This document shows positions 1 through 9,670 of a stretch of 64,000 bases of DNA, in pieces. The stretch spans positions 2,135 to 66,134 of the IMG/VR virus record IMGVR_UViG_3300046788_000091; one strand, given 5' to 3'. This stretch comes from a virus (Duplodnaviria > Caudoviricetes). Every line of letters starts with the position of its first letter. The stretch's first letter is position 1. The position numbers and the translations under genes are program-made. The notes beneath the pieces were generated by a model. It saw only the letters and a program-made list of their open reading frames with translations, was not told where the DNA came from and made no database searches.

Positions 1-180
1 CCAAATCTTGGGTCCGTCGGCTTCTAGCACGTTAACCTTAGCTGCCAAACCTTTGAGGGAACTAACGCTATCTTTGAGCTCTGATAGTCCTGCCCGCATA
101 GATCCCCAACCGATTCCAGCACCCAAAGCCGTACTAACGACAGTCAGAATTACACCGAAGAGTTGACCGGAACTGCCCAT
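1..180 (-). CDS. Partial membrane protein (one TM helix plus coiled coil), holin/lysis-accessory candidate, truncated by window edge
   Basis: ATG at 180, 2 nt after the endolysin stop; reads MGSSGQLFGVILTVVSTALGAGIGWGSMRAGLSELKDSVSSLKG and stays open to base 1. Confidence 0.4.
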   Translation of the reverse strand, partial: MGSSGQLFGVILTVVSTALGAGIGWGSMRAGLSELKDSVSSLKGLAAKVNVLEADGPKIW

Positions 181-182
181 GG

Positions 183-1037
183 CTAACCTATCTTGCCATC
201 GCCGGGAATCCAGCACAACTTTGCAAAGGTCTTAGGACCGATTACCCCGTCTGCTGTCAGATTATTCTTGGCCTGCAAAGCTTTGACAGCTAACTCTGTA
301 GCCAATCCGAAATTTCCATCACACACGGTTCCAAGGCGTGCTTGTACCCACATGACGCGCTCGCCCGATTCGCCGAGCTTCATATAATTAAATTTATTCA
401 GGTCTACAGCGCATCCGAATCCTGGGACACCTAAAGCATCGCCTTGGTACTGGTGAATCCAGTAGTTTCCTGCACCCCAACTTGCGGGGACTTGTGGAGC
501 CACAGGAACAGCGTCTAATTGCGCAGGCTTACGTGCAGCTAGTTGATAATGCGCTAGCCAGAGGGGGGAATCTACAAATTCCGACATATCCGGATCGCCG
601 AGATCTTCGTGTATCACTCGGGCACTAGTATAAAGAATAGGCGAGCACTTATAATAGTCTCGTAGAGTCTTGACAGCCCGTCGGATCCAATCAAGGGCCT
701 GAGCATGCGTCATACCTGTATCAACAAATCCGTTACCTGGAAACTCGATATCCAGCACCGGAGGAAAGTCGGGAGCGTTCCCGGCTGTCTGGATCATGGC
801 TCTGGCTTGTAGCTCAGGATTCGCAGGCGTGCTTCCCTTGAACGGAAATCTCAGGAACAGGTAAGAGCCGTAGGGTATCCCCAAAGCCCTTAGGCGAGGG
901 GCCTGGGGACCGTAGAAGACGTCTACGAGCGTCCCCCAGGCTGCCCGAAGAAATACGAAGCCCAGACCCGATGCCTTGGCTGTTTCCCAATGGGGTTGAC
1001 CGGGATCGTCTACAGAGGCAAGGTCGGCACCAAACAT
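183..1037 (-). CDS. Endolysin: GH25 muramidase with C-terminal peptidoglycan-binding domain
   Basis: GADLAS and VLDIEF (DxE) GH25 motifs, HQYQG..VDLN; C-terminal LAVKALQ..NLTADGVIGPKT PG-binding motif. Likely start is MFGADL at 1037 (ORF track extends to 1073). Confidence 0.85.
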   Translation of the reverse strand: MFGADLASVDDPGQPHWETAKASGLGFVFLRAAWGTLVDVFYGPQAPRLRALGIPYGSYLFLRFPFKGSTPANPELQARAMIQTAGNAPDFPPVLDIEFPGNGFVDTGMTHAQALDWIRRAVKTLRDYYKCSPILYTSARVIHEDLGDPDMSEFVDSPLWLAHYQLAARKPAQLDAVPVAPQVPASWGAGNYWIHQYQGDALGVPGFGCAVDLNKFNYMKLGESGERVMWVQARLGTVCDGNFGLATELAVKALQAKNNLTADGVIGPKTFAKLCWIPGDGKIG

Positions 1038-1038
1038 C

Positions 1039-2637
1039 TTAGATACCCTCGGCGACGTAGAAAGTAGTATCAAACAGGTCTATTCCGGTGCTTGACTCGA
1101 ATCTGATTCCGAGTTTGTACGGAGTAGCTACGCCTGATCCTATATTCAGAGATTCATCGTAGCAGCGTTTACCGTTAGTCCAGATAGGCGGAGAGTGCGT
1201 ACCGTTGCCTGTAATAGTTGGTCCTGCAATGAATTTGGCATTGGATTCTATTGTAGCCATTGTCAGACCATTAGTTTTAGGAGTACCAGTGGTCTCGGCT
1301 ACTGTGCTGACATCGGCCAGATAGTATAGATTACCAATGCCATAGTTATTTTGATAGGCATTATTTAGAGTTAATCGTCCTGTATTGGCCGTATGAGATC
1401 CGTTGGCGCTCGTGACTGCCAGGCTAATAAGTCTTCCCGCCCGCGAAGTACAAGTAGCCATAGCGTGAGCATTGGCACCAAAACGCCGATATTTGACTTT
1501 TAGGATACCGATTCGATCGGCTGCTGGAGTAACGGATGCGCTTGGGATAAACTTAAAATAATACATCCGTCCGTCTACTACTGTTATCTTAGTAGAGTTA
1601 GAAAAGTTAATAGCCCCCGGAGCGTTGGAATTGTCAGTTACGGCTGTCTCTGCGTCTGTTTCACCTGAGATGGTCGTGTATACTACTTTGCCCGTGATAG
1701 TGGCAGACCCGTTAGTATTTTTCTCAACGTCCAATTGCCACATGAATACGTCGCCGTCTTGAAGGCCCGTGAGAGGGTAATACACAGGGGTAGCAGATGC
1801 TGCCAGAATCCATTTGTTGGCATCTCGTACATGCGTACCGCCCGGAGCACCGGCCGGAGTATCAGTAGAGTCCAGAGTAGTAACAAACAGGATAGCGGGC
1901 ATCGGATCTATCATCAAATCCGTGCTAAGCGTAGTACGAGGGACAATGCGAATAGGCATTCTCAGATCATGGAGAACAGCTTCGCCCGAACTTACGACGT
2001 CTATATAATTAAGAGGGTTCGTGCCTGTGTATGTCTCGCCGACTACAACGCATGCGATGGGTACATAACCGGAATCCGGTGTAGGATAGACAGGCGTAGC
2101 GTTAGGAGTACCCGTTTTGACACTTACTGTAGCTTCTACTTGACGCTTCTTATTCATGCTCGTAGTAGTGACTACATGTGTGGTAGCGTCTTGAAAATCT
2201 CTGCTCTGGGGGTCGTCTGTAACATAATCCAGCTTCATCTGGATCATGTCTACGCGAGGCAAAGTGGCATGGCCGTTCGAAAGAGTAAACTCCAACGTAC
2301 CGTCAAAAGTATACGCGAGAAGTTGCGGCTCGTTACCGTCTGCCGCGGAGATCTTCTGAAAAAGTGTCCCGGCTCCGATTTTGACTTTGTTGTTAGCAGA
2401 GCCTTGACGCGGATTGGCTCCGCCTACACTCAAGCAATATGCCCACGACGCAGATGGGTCGGCACCTTGTTGGGATACGAATTCGGGATCTTTGTTCGTA
2501 GGTCCGCCTATCAATCGGCCTAGAATCTGATCGTTTAGACGTGCAGCTAGAAAACGCTGACTATCGTTTTGATCTGTATGGGTAAGACCTTCCCCGTCGT
2601 TATAGTTGACTGTTTTGTACAAATCATTAGTCGGCAT
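1039..2637 (-). CDS. Putative tail fibre / baseplate-attached protein (532 aa)
   Basis: Follows baseplate genes; Thr/Gly/Ala-rich beta-type composition; RVDMIQ motif resembling tail-fibre base domains. Confidence 0.5.
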   Translation of the reverse strand: MPTNDLYKTVNYNDGEGLTHTDQNDSQRFLAARLNDQILGRLIGGPTNKDPEFVSQQGADPSASWAYCLSVGGANPRQGSANNKVKIGAGTLFQKISAADGNEPQLLAYTFDGTLEFTLSNGHATLPRVDMIQMKLDYVTDDPQSRDFQDATTHVVTTTSMNKKRQVEATVSVKTGTPNATPVYPTPDSGYVPIACVVVGETYTGTNPLNYIDVVSSGEAVLHDLRMPIRIVPRTTLSTDLMIDPMPAILFVTTLDSTDTPAGAPGGTHVRDANKWILAASATPVYYPLTGLQDGDVFMWQLDVEKNTNGSATITGKVVYTTISGETDAETAVTDNSNAPGAINFSNSTKITVVDGRMYYFKFIPSASVTPAADRIGILKVKYRRFGANAHAMATCTSRAGRLISLAVTSANGSHTANTGRLTLNNAYQNNYGIGNLYYLADVSTVAETTGTPKTNGLTMATIESNAKFIAGPTITGNGTHSPPIWTNGKRCYDESLNIGSGVATPYKLGIRFESSTGIDLFDTTFYVAEGI

Positions 2638-3212
2638 TATGGATTAGCCCTTATTTCAACGTAGTGGTTAAAACCCGCTGGCCCAAACTGTCTCAGGTAA
2701 TCGTCTACGCCACTACCAATAGCGGCAGACGTGCCATAAGGCAAGATTACGATATACCCCTGTGGTCTACCTGCATAGGTCATGCGATAACCTCGCGAGG
2801 CAAACGAGGTAGAGAATCCGGGGACCTGATAGTGTCCCCTGTCCCGCCGAAGATTCACGAACGCGCATACTCCCAGACTATTGGCCGCTAAAATCAGGTT
2901 AATATTAGCTTCTAGAGCCGGCTGAGTCACGGCGTCCGAGACTTGGATGATGCGCTGTTGAAGAGTCAAATCGTCTTCGCCGGAACGTCGCGTGATGCCT
3001 CTATCTTTGGCGTGCTGATCTAGGTCTGTTCCAAATGCTTGCAGGATATAAGTAATATCGAGCCAGCTCTGAGCCTGTGCACGCGTCGCGTCAAATACTT
3101 CAGTATATCCATAGAGCCACTCAAGCACCGTATTTTTTCCACGGGTCAACCATCGCGGAACAGAGTTCCGTGCATGGTCAAAGAGCGCTTGTGCTTCTGT
3201 AGATAGAGTCAT
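2637..3212 (-). CDS. Putative baseplate wedge subunit
   Basis: Synteny after baseplate J; DLDQHAKDRGITRRSGEDD..LQQRI wedge-like motif. ATG at 3212 lies 1 nt after the HNH stop. Confidence 0.5.
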   Translation of the reverse strand: MTLSTEAQALFDHARNSVPRWLTRGKNTVLEWLYGYTEVFDATRAQAQSWLDITYILQAFGTDLDQHAKDRGITRRSGEDDLTLQQRIIQVSDAVTQPALEANINLILAANSLGVCAFVNLRRDRGHYQVPGFSTSFASRGYRMTYAGRPQGYIVILPYGTSAAIGSGVDDYLRQFGPAGFNHYVEIRANP

Positions 3213-3213
3213 A

Positions 3214-3750
3214 CTAGTTCCAAGTCTTTCCTCGAAAGACGCAGGATATGGTAGTCTGGCTAACGCCAAATTGTTGCGCAATGCGTGTCTGACTAATTCC
3301 GTTAGTCAGTAGGTCCCTGATTTTGATGATTTTATCTGTAGTAAGTTTGCTGTTTCCGTTGGCTTCTTTACGAGGCACCTTCTCTGGCTTAGTGCGTGAG
3401 CCGTGACGAGTTCCAGAAGCATTATCTCTATTCCCAGAAATAGCCTCGCCTTTGGCCTGTCTATTTTTATTGTTTCTATCCTTAGTGTTATCCTGTGTTG
3501 TGCCTAAAAATAGATGATCCGGATTTACACATGTAGGATTGTCACATTTGTGACAGACTAGTAGGTCTTCGTTGAATTCTCCGAAATGTTGCCTATAAGA
3601 AATTCTGTGCGCCCTTTCGCATTTAGTAGGTGTCACTCTCAACTTACCGTATCCGTCCTTATCCAGGGAAGCTAGCCAGTTCCAGCAGCCTGGGGTATAT
3701 TCAACCTTATTCCAGAATCTCTCAATTATTGATCTAAGTTTTGGCGCCAT
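3214..3750 (-). mobile_element. Free-standing HNH homing endonuclease with C-terminal HTH, inserted in the baseplate operon
   Basis: RFWNKV..GCWNW..GYG..AHRISY..VCHKCDNPTCVNPDHLFLGTTQDN (HNH_3-type); IAQQFGVSQTTIS HTH. Confidence 0.85.
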
Positions 3751-3754
3751 AAAA

Positions 3755-4885
3755 TTACACAATTGTTATTACGCCAGCCCGGATAAGTGACCCGGCAGTA
3801 GACGGGGCCGTATCTACTACAGGATCTGTGACTACAATATTGACGATGTTATCCGGGTCAACTGCTTTGACGGCTGTCATGATATCTGAGAGATAAAGCG
3901 TCTCCCCAATATTTAGTTTCCCAACGCGCGCTTGTATAGACGCCTGAATATCAGAGATAAGTTGATTAACGTCTACTCCGAGCTTTACAACTATCGTAAC
4001 CGTGATATTGACCGTCTGGACTACACCCCCAGAGACTTCTACAAGTGCACCGGCTGCGGCCCAATCGAAAAGCTCTATCGCGGCTTTCATGGTCATAGAC
4101 CCATCGTCGATTAGACTGGGGCCAACAGTCTGTGTAGTGCCTGTAGAGTTTCCGCTGGAATCTGAAACGTAGACCGTTACGAGTCCGGTCGTATCTTGTA
4201 TCGCGTTGGCTTTTGCTATTGAAATGCCGGGGGTCTGCGTTGCTCCGTATTGCAGAGCCGCGATAGTTCCGCGTCGTAAAGTAGACGGATAAAGCCTAAC
4301 TCTATCTCGGAGCGAATCGTCTGTTTCCGCGTCGGCTCCTCCGGCGGGTTGAGTAGACGAAGTGATGGTATACAATCCGCCAGCCGGAGGCGTAGAGATA
4401 ATCTTAGTGATCAAATTGGCTGCGGCTAGATTTCCATTAATACCAGCAAGCACGGCTTGGACATTGACCGTTCTATTTCCGTTCGTGCTAACGGCCCACG
4501 AAGCGGCCGTGGTGCTGACAAACTGTACGGCGTTGCCCGTGCTGTCAGTGGCTGTAGCTACTACGGTGCCTATCGGGAAAGTCTGGCTAGTGGCATCGGC
4601 ACTAGCGCGATTGAAGGTCACAGTAGCGAGAGATTGCTCGGCTGGATTACGATTGATGGCCCAGTGATCTGCGGCGAGTTTCGTAAGATCATCTCCGATA
4701 GCGCCATCAAGAAAAGTTGCAGCGATGCGCTCGGCGAACCATCCCACGAGCCTATCGCCCATAGCTGCGGCTGCTGAGATAAGCATCTCGGCGATGCTCC
4801 CCGAGCGGACGCTAAGATCTGGCCGGAGTAGAATACTCTCGGCTTTGCCTAGATCGAATATGTCTTGGAAGCTCGGTGTTGGCAT
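3755..4885 (-). CDS. Baseplate J-like protein
   Basis: LDGAIGDDLT..A, IPxGTVV-like segment, GGADAETDDSLRDR signature; next to gp25-like gene. Confidence 0.85.
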   Translation of the reverse strand: MPTPSFQDIFDLGKAESILLRPDLSVRSGSIAEMLISAAAAMGDRLVGWFAERIAATFLDGAIGDDLTKLAADHWAINRNPAEQSLATVTFNRASADATSQTFPIGTVVATATDSTGNAVQFVSTTAASWAVSTNGNRTVNVQAVLAGINGNLAAANLITKIISTPPAGGLYTITSSTQPAGGADAETDDSLRDRVRLYPSTLRRGTIAALQYGATQTPGISIAKANAIQDTTGLVTVYVSDSSGNSTGTTQTVGPSLIDDGSMTMKAAIELFDWAAAGALVEVSGGVVQTVNITVTIVVKLGVDVNQLISDIQASIQARVGKLNIGETLYLSDIMTAVKAVDPDNIVNIVVTDPVVDTAPSTAGSLIRAGVITIV

Positions 4886-4888
4886 AAG

Positions 4889-5338
4889 TTAACTAGAGAA
4901 TTGAGTGAATGCGAAGCTATTTTCTCTCCCTAGCGCTTGGACTTTGACCGTGATTTTTACGCCCGGAAGATTACCCGACGTTAAACTCTCGACCACTACG
5001 TCTACAACTTTCTGGATTCTTTCTTCTTGCGTTAGCTGCTCTATAATCGTCTGGCGAAGAGCGTCACGATCTGATTTAGTTGCGCGCTTCTTAACAAAGC
5101 GCATAAGCCCAGCACCAAAGTTAGGAAACGGGGCGTATTCTCCAGGAGTCGTAATCATTCGTAGAAAGATGGCTTGACGTAGTGATGCTAAGCCTTCTAT
5201 AGTTGCGTAATCTCCAGAGGCTGTTACTTGCAAGTCATCGTTAAATAGTATATCTACGCCGAATAGGGCTTTTTCTACTGGATCCGGTTGAGATACTACA
5301 GTGCTTGTACTAGCCGGAGTAATAAGTAAGGCAGGCAT
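4889..5338 (-). CDS. Baseplate wedge protein, gp25/GPW-like
   Basis: SLRQAIFLRMITTPGE..PNFGAGL..I.EQL.QEERI pattern typical of the gp25 family. Confidence 0.8.
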   Translation of the reverse strand: MPALLITPASTSTVVSQPDPVEKALFGVDILFNDDLQVTASGDYATIEGLASLRQAIFLRMITTPGEYAPFPNFGAGLMRFVKKRATKSDRDALRQTIIEQLTQEERIQKVVDVVVESLTSGNLPGVKITVKVQALGRENSFAFTQFSS

Positions 5339-6072
5339 TAGCCCTCACTTTCGTTTCCAAAATCGTCTATTGCTCTGATACGAACATCAAGCGATTGTCC
5401 GGTAGGCCATCCGCCTAGACGATAGATAGTAAAAATATAAGGGTCCGTAGAGGTACCTGATCCCGTTGTGGTGGATCTTTTGTTATCAAAAGGAAAAGAG
5501 AAAAACCCATCGTGAGGATCCCATACTGTATAGCGCGGGCCTCTGGTTCCGTCTTGACAGGTTATATGATAGAAACTCAGGGCTTTAGAGTTGTAAATGG
5601 AGATAATCAGGGCGTCGTCGGGCACTATGGGGGTAGATAGTACGGTTATGATAGATGCCGTGCCTGATGCTACTGGCGCGCTTGCTAGACCAGCAACAAA
5701 TCCGTCTGACCTGCCCTCATCAAGCCCCCTATCATATCCGTCATCATAGCCGTAAGATTGTCCTATTGAGATGCCCTGCGCTTGACCTTGGGCGAACGTG
5801 CCCGGAGTGATATTCGTGGGGGAAATTATTTGTTGGCCGGCTATAGATACGCCAATACTGATAAACTGCGATCTACCGTCGTCGTGGCCGTCGTTATACC
5901 CGTCGTCATATCCGTCGCCCCTAAACGGCTGGGAGCCAAGTACTTCTGTCCGTCCGTTGTAATAGCCTTGAATAAGTCCCTCGGGATAGCCTGCTACATA
6001 AGCAGATAATCTAGGTCTAATCGCCGTATAGACGGTAACGGACCCCATATCTACACCCGTGCGTACGGTCAT
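5338..6072 (-). CDS. Hypothetical virion protein with two GYDDG-type repeat blocks
   Basis: 244-aa ORF in tail operon; GYDDGYNDGHDDG and GYDDGYDRGLDEG. Confidence 0.45.
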   Translation of the reverse strand: MTVRTGVDMGSVTVYTAIRPRLSAYVAGYPEGLIQGYYNGRTEVLGSQPFRGDGYDDGYNDGHDDGRSQFISIGVSIAGQQIISPTNITPGTFAQGQAQGISIGQSYGYDDGYDRGLDEGRSDGFVAGLASAPVASGTASIITVLSTPIVPDDALIISIYNSKALSFYHITCQDGTRGPRYTVWDPHDGFFSFPFDNKRSTTTGSGTSTDPYIFTIYRLGGWPTGQSLDVRIRAIDDFGNESEG

Positions 6073-6073
6073 A

Positions 6074-7111
6074 TTAGGCTATCACAGGAGTAGTGGATCC
6101 GTCCCAGGGCCATATAGCGGCGGGGCCTAGAGCTACGTATTGTAGAGTCCCGTAGGTATCAGCGAGAGCCGGAGTAGTAGTTAAACTACTGGTAATTACA
6201 TACCACCAATCAATAAGTGTACCTAACTTTCCGCTGGCATTTGTGGTCAGACTATATTTCTGAAGGGGAAACATCAATTCACCAGTAGCTCCCTGGAGTT
6301 CTGGTTTTTCTACCGGAAATACTTGCCCTGTAGCAAGTCCCACGGATTCCCCTCCACCTTGTACTGTGATGGTATTGTCTGCGTTTGTATGTACGCGCGC
6401 TACAGCTCCTAGATATCCCGCTCCCCCCTGTGAACCGGAGACAGTAGCTCCAGGTCCTCCAACCGTATTAACTCCTGCGACATTATGGAAAAAACCATAC
6501 ACTACTGCTGTACCCCCTCCTGTTGTAAGCGTCCATGTAGCAGGGGACACCAAAGCACTAGTGAGTTTTTCTATGCCAAAGTAGGAAACGATAGCTGATG
6601 ATCTAAATACAGCTACTCTAAACATTTGTTTATTAGTGGTACCTAGAAACCAATACACTCTATCTGCAGAGGCCGTAGAATTGATAATCGTGGAACCTGT
6701 TGAGACGATTACCTCGTCCGTGGCTGTCGGTTCTTGGTTTGCTGTACCGGCTGGAGTGTATTGCCCTCCGGGGGAATATCTGATCGTCGCAATGTCCGCG
6801 GTTGCTCCGTTATATGAGAGCAATACATCTACTCCGTCCGCATTTGTTAGTACGGCAAAGCTTTGGGCTCCGCCTGTACCGTTAAACTGGGTTGTACAGT
6901 TAGCTTTAGATGCCCAACGGTCCGTGTGGTCGGACGAGCTAGTCGGACCTGTTGTCCCGTCGCACGTATACTTGACGGTCCAGCCCATTGTAGCAACCAA
7001 GAAATTCTTGAGTTGAAACAGGAGCACGGACATCGAATCATTGACGGACGTAAAAGTAGATCTTACGTTTGGGCTAACTGTCCACGTCTGTGTAATAGCG
7101 GGGAGTGTCAC
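6074..7111 (-). CDS. Hypothetical virion/tail protein (345 aa)
   Basis: Tightly packed ORF, Thr/Ser/Gly-rich, within tail module. Confidence 0.45.
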   Translation of the reverse strand: MTLPAITQTWTVSPNVRSTFTSVNDSMSVLLFQLKNFLVATMGWTVKYTCDGTTGPTSSSDHTDRWASKANCTTQFNGTGGAQSFAVLTNADGVDVLLSYNGATADIATIRYSPGGQYTPAGTANQEPTATDEVIVSTGSTIINSTASADRVYWFLGTTNKQMFRVAVFRSSAIVSYFGIEKLTSALVSPATWTLTTGGGTAVVYGFFHNVAGVNTVGGPGATVSGSQGGAGYLGAVARVHTNADNTITVQGGGESVGLATGQVFPVEKPELQGATGELMFPLQKYSLTTNASGKLGTLIDWWYVITSSLTTTPALADTYGTLQYVALGPAAIWPWDGSTTPVIA

Positions 7112-7113
7112 GG

Positions 7114-7458
7114 TTACACCACGTACTCTTCGCCTTCGATTGTAATAGTAAGAGCTGTAGCCGTATCCGAACCCCCTACAATATATTCAGTAGAAGCCAA
7201 CTTCATCGTGCAGTAATAATCGAATGTTCCATTAGCTGGAACCGCTTGCACGTTAAAAAGCTCGGTGCCGGCGGCATTGGCGCCAGTTGCTCCAAGCCAG
7301 AGCGAAAAGTGGGCGGTATTCCCCGTCTTGTTAACTACGTGAATGTGTTTAACAAGATCAAAGACTTGTGCTACGCCGTTACCCCCCTGCCAGATGTTGG
7401 TAGTGAGCGTAGTGGTCAGGGCCACGGGTCCGACGAGTCTTTTGTTAGTGCCTGGCAT
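7114..7458 (-). CDS. Small hypothetical virion protein
   Basis: Probable start MPGTNKRLVG at 7458, 9 nt downstream of a predicted -10 box. Confidence 0.45.
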   Translation of the reverse strand: MPGTNKRLVGPVALTTTLTTNIWQGGNGVAQVFDLVKHIHVVNKTGNTAHFSLWLGATGANAAGTELFNVQAVPANGTFDYYCTMKLASTEYIVGGSDTATALTITIEGEEYVV

Positions 7459-7497
7459 GGTGCCTGAACTATACAGGCACCGGAAAGAGAATCTCAA
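7459..7497 (-). promoter_or_regulatory. Predicted promoter TTGAGA-N18-TATAGT with -10 inside a palindrome
   Basis: -35 at 7497-7492, -10 at 7473-7468; inverted repeat GGTGCCTG (7459-7466) / CAGGCACC (7474-7481). Confidence 0.45.
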
Positions 7498-7506
7498 GTT
7501 TAGGAA

Positions 7507-8241
7507 TTATGTTACTTTGGCTTGCTGAGCTAGATAGGTAGACGCGGCGCTATTGAACGTAGATAGAGCAGCGGCAAGGGCCACTCCAGGAGGAGTGCCG
7601 CTCGTGAGCCCTACGGCAACCTGTAATGCGTTAGCCGCTGCCGCAGTTGCGGGGAAAGGGGCGGGTAGCGCTGCAACGGCTTGCGCGTACGCGGCAACCG
7701 CAGCAAAGGCGTTCTGAATAGCCGTCAATAATGTATCTTCGGCTGATCTATACGTCTGGCCTTTAACGGCCGGTTCCGATCCTGTTTCAGCTCCGCACGT
7801 AACAGTAGGAGCGTCTATCGTCACTTTGTTACTAGACTTCATGACGTGATCGCCGTCGCCAGTAAGCTCACTCGGTATAGCGACGTCTAGAACGCCCACG
7901 ATGATAGGCTCAAAGTCAAGCGGATCTTTGATCAAGCTTTGAGGATCGAAGGGCAGCAACACAGCTACTTCTTGATCTACTCGGGGAATCTTGAAATTCT
8001 GGTCGTTCCCGAAACCGAGCCTACACAATACACGCGTACCAGATGGGACTAGTTCTACGTCTACTAGCACTTCTTTACGTCCGTTTTCTGTAGAAATCTC
8101 AAAGTGAGAACCGTGCTCGGGGAATTTACGTACTACGCCCAAACTAGTAACCATGTGGCCCTGAGCTAGCCAGGCTTTCATCTGTTGTGTATCGGGGCGC
8201 TTGCCCCCCTTAACGCCTCTCCTGGATACGGTGGTCTTCAT
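7507..8241 (-). CDS. Putative baseplate spike (gpV/gp45-like)
   Basis: OB-fold-like N-terminus with IPRVDQEVAVLLP (cf. P..G.EV.V); position after hub gene. Confidence 0.55.
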   Translation of the reverse strand: MKTTVSRRGVKGGKRPDTQQMKAWLAQGHMVTSLGVVRKFPEHGSHFEISTENGRKEVLVDVELVPSGTRVLCRLGFGNDQNFKIPRVDQEVAVLLPFDPQSLIKDPLDFEPIIVGVLDVAIPSELTGDGDHVMKSSNKVTIDAPTVTCGAETGSEPAVKGQTYRSAEDTLLTAIQNAFAAVAAYAQAVAALPAPFPATAAAANALQVAVGLTSGTPPGVALAAALSTFNSAASTYLAQQAKVT

Positions 8242-8242
8242 G

Positions 8243-9667
8243 CTATGCCCCCGCGGCGGTTAGGTTCGGATTAATGAAGTTCATTGCTTCTACGTCTATC
8301 TTGACGCCGGAGTCTTTGTCCCACGTGATATTGCACTCTTTCACGTAGAACGGTTGCCGGAAGTAGTCCAACTTACTATAATTTTCTGATACTAGAGCCG
8401 CGACATCTGGGGAATAACCCAGAGATATCAAAATATTGTATCTGCTTTGTGGCGTAGATTCTTTGCTCTGCATTTGCTCGGCATTGAACGCGTCCCACTC
8501 TATCATGACCGAGTCTCCTGCACGGATAGCGAGCAAATCAGCATTTTTCAGATCACGAAGGTGCGGCGTAGCGAACCTGATTACCCCCTCACCGCGCGCT
8601 AGTGTGAAGTAAGTAGCTTTGGCGAAATCTACGAGGGTCTTCTGGTCTTTAACATCTGGTATAGAAAAGACTTTAAACTCTTCTTTCTTGACACCTATAC
8701 CAGTAGAGCCAAACGAGATTTTAGATACACCTTTTTTCTGGGTTACGCCTTTATTGAAATTTTCTAGGTCATTGTCCGAGGGAAATCTGCCCTCAAACGG
8801 AGTAAATGGGGGGTCTGGATTCGTAGAACGGACCCGGATTTGCGGGGTAGCCTCTTTTGACATCTTGCGTTCTACTTCGAGCTTCTCAAGATTACGTCCA
8901 TAGGCCACGTGAAATTGAGTCTGTGCTACAGACTGTAATACGTGGGGAGGAGTTATCCAAACTTCAAAGCCCTTGACAAATACGATAAAACCATAAGCCA
9001 GGCATAGCTTATAGATTACATCCCAATATGTTGAGTCCGCCTTGACTGACACTCCGCGCGGCTTACGACTCTTGCTAGAGTTTACTGTTTTTTTAATAGT
9101 CACTTTGTTATGGGTGACTGTATTAGAGACGGACGAAATCTTGACGTTAGAATCATCGAACGTCTTGACCGTGAGCGTGCGCCCGGAGATTTTCTTAAGA
9201 GTCGCCTCGTCTACAAGCGCTTGCACGACATCTTCTAGATTGCCGTCTGGGACTCGTCCGCCATGTCCTGACTTGCTGGGGTCCCACTGTCTATCTATCA
9301 AGAGAGACGTATAATCTCGCCCGGAAAGCGAGACTTTTCCTCCCTCGGAATCTTCAGTGAGCGTCATCTGATCTACAAGACCTGTAGAGAGTAGATTACT
9401 AGGATCATGCCAGAATGCATTAACTGTTTGATCTGTCTTGTGATAGAGATAGATTTCTACAGCCATGCTCTTAACGAGCTCGGGACTGAACGGGAAACGC
9501 TTGGCATCGAAGACAATCTCCCACGTATCGGCTTCTTTATAGGAGTTAAGATGCACGTTACAGCTAAATGGAAGGATATCCGTAAGCACCACGGGATCTT
9601 CGGGTCCTCCAAGACCATCGAAGATACACGAGAGATTTATACGGGCCTCAGGATAATACGTCGACAT
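8243..9667 (-). CDS. Putative baseplate hub (Mu gp44 / late control D-like)
   Basis: LSGRDYTSLLID and YWDVIYKLCLAYGFIVFV hub-like motifs; synteny. Confidence 0.6.
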   Translation of the reverse strand: MSTYYPEARINLSCIFDGLGGPEDPVVLTDILPFSCNVHLNSYKEADTWEIVFDAKRFPFSPELVKSMAVEIYLYHKTDQTVNAFWHDPSNLLSTGLVDQMTLTEDSEGGKVSLSGRDYTSLLIDRQWDPSKSGHGGRVPDGNLEDVVQALVDEATLKKISGRTLTVKTFDDSNVKISSVSNTVTHNKVTIKKTVNSSKSRKPRGVSVKADSTYWDVIYKLCLAYGFIVFVKGFEVWITPPHVLQSVAQTQFHVAYGRNLEKLEVERKMSKEATPQIRVRSTNPDPPFTPFEGRFPSDNDLENFNKGVTQKKGVSKISFGSTGIGVKKEEFKVFSIPDVKDQKTLVDFAKATYFTLARGEGVIRFATPHLRDLKNADLLAIRAGDSVMIEWDAFNAEQMQSKESTPQSRYNILISLGYSPDVAALVSENYSKLDYFRQPFYVKECNITWDKDSGVKIDVEAMNFINPNLTAAGA

Positions 9668-9670
9668 TGG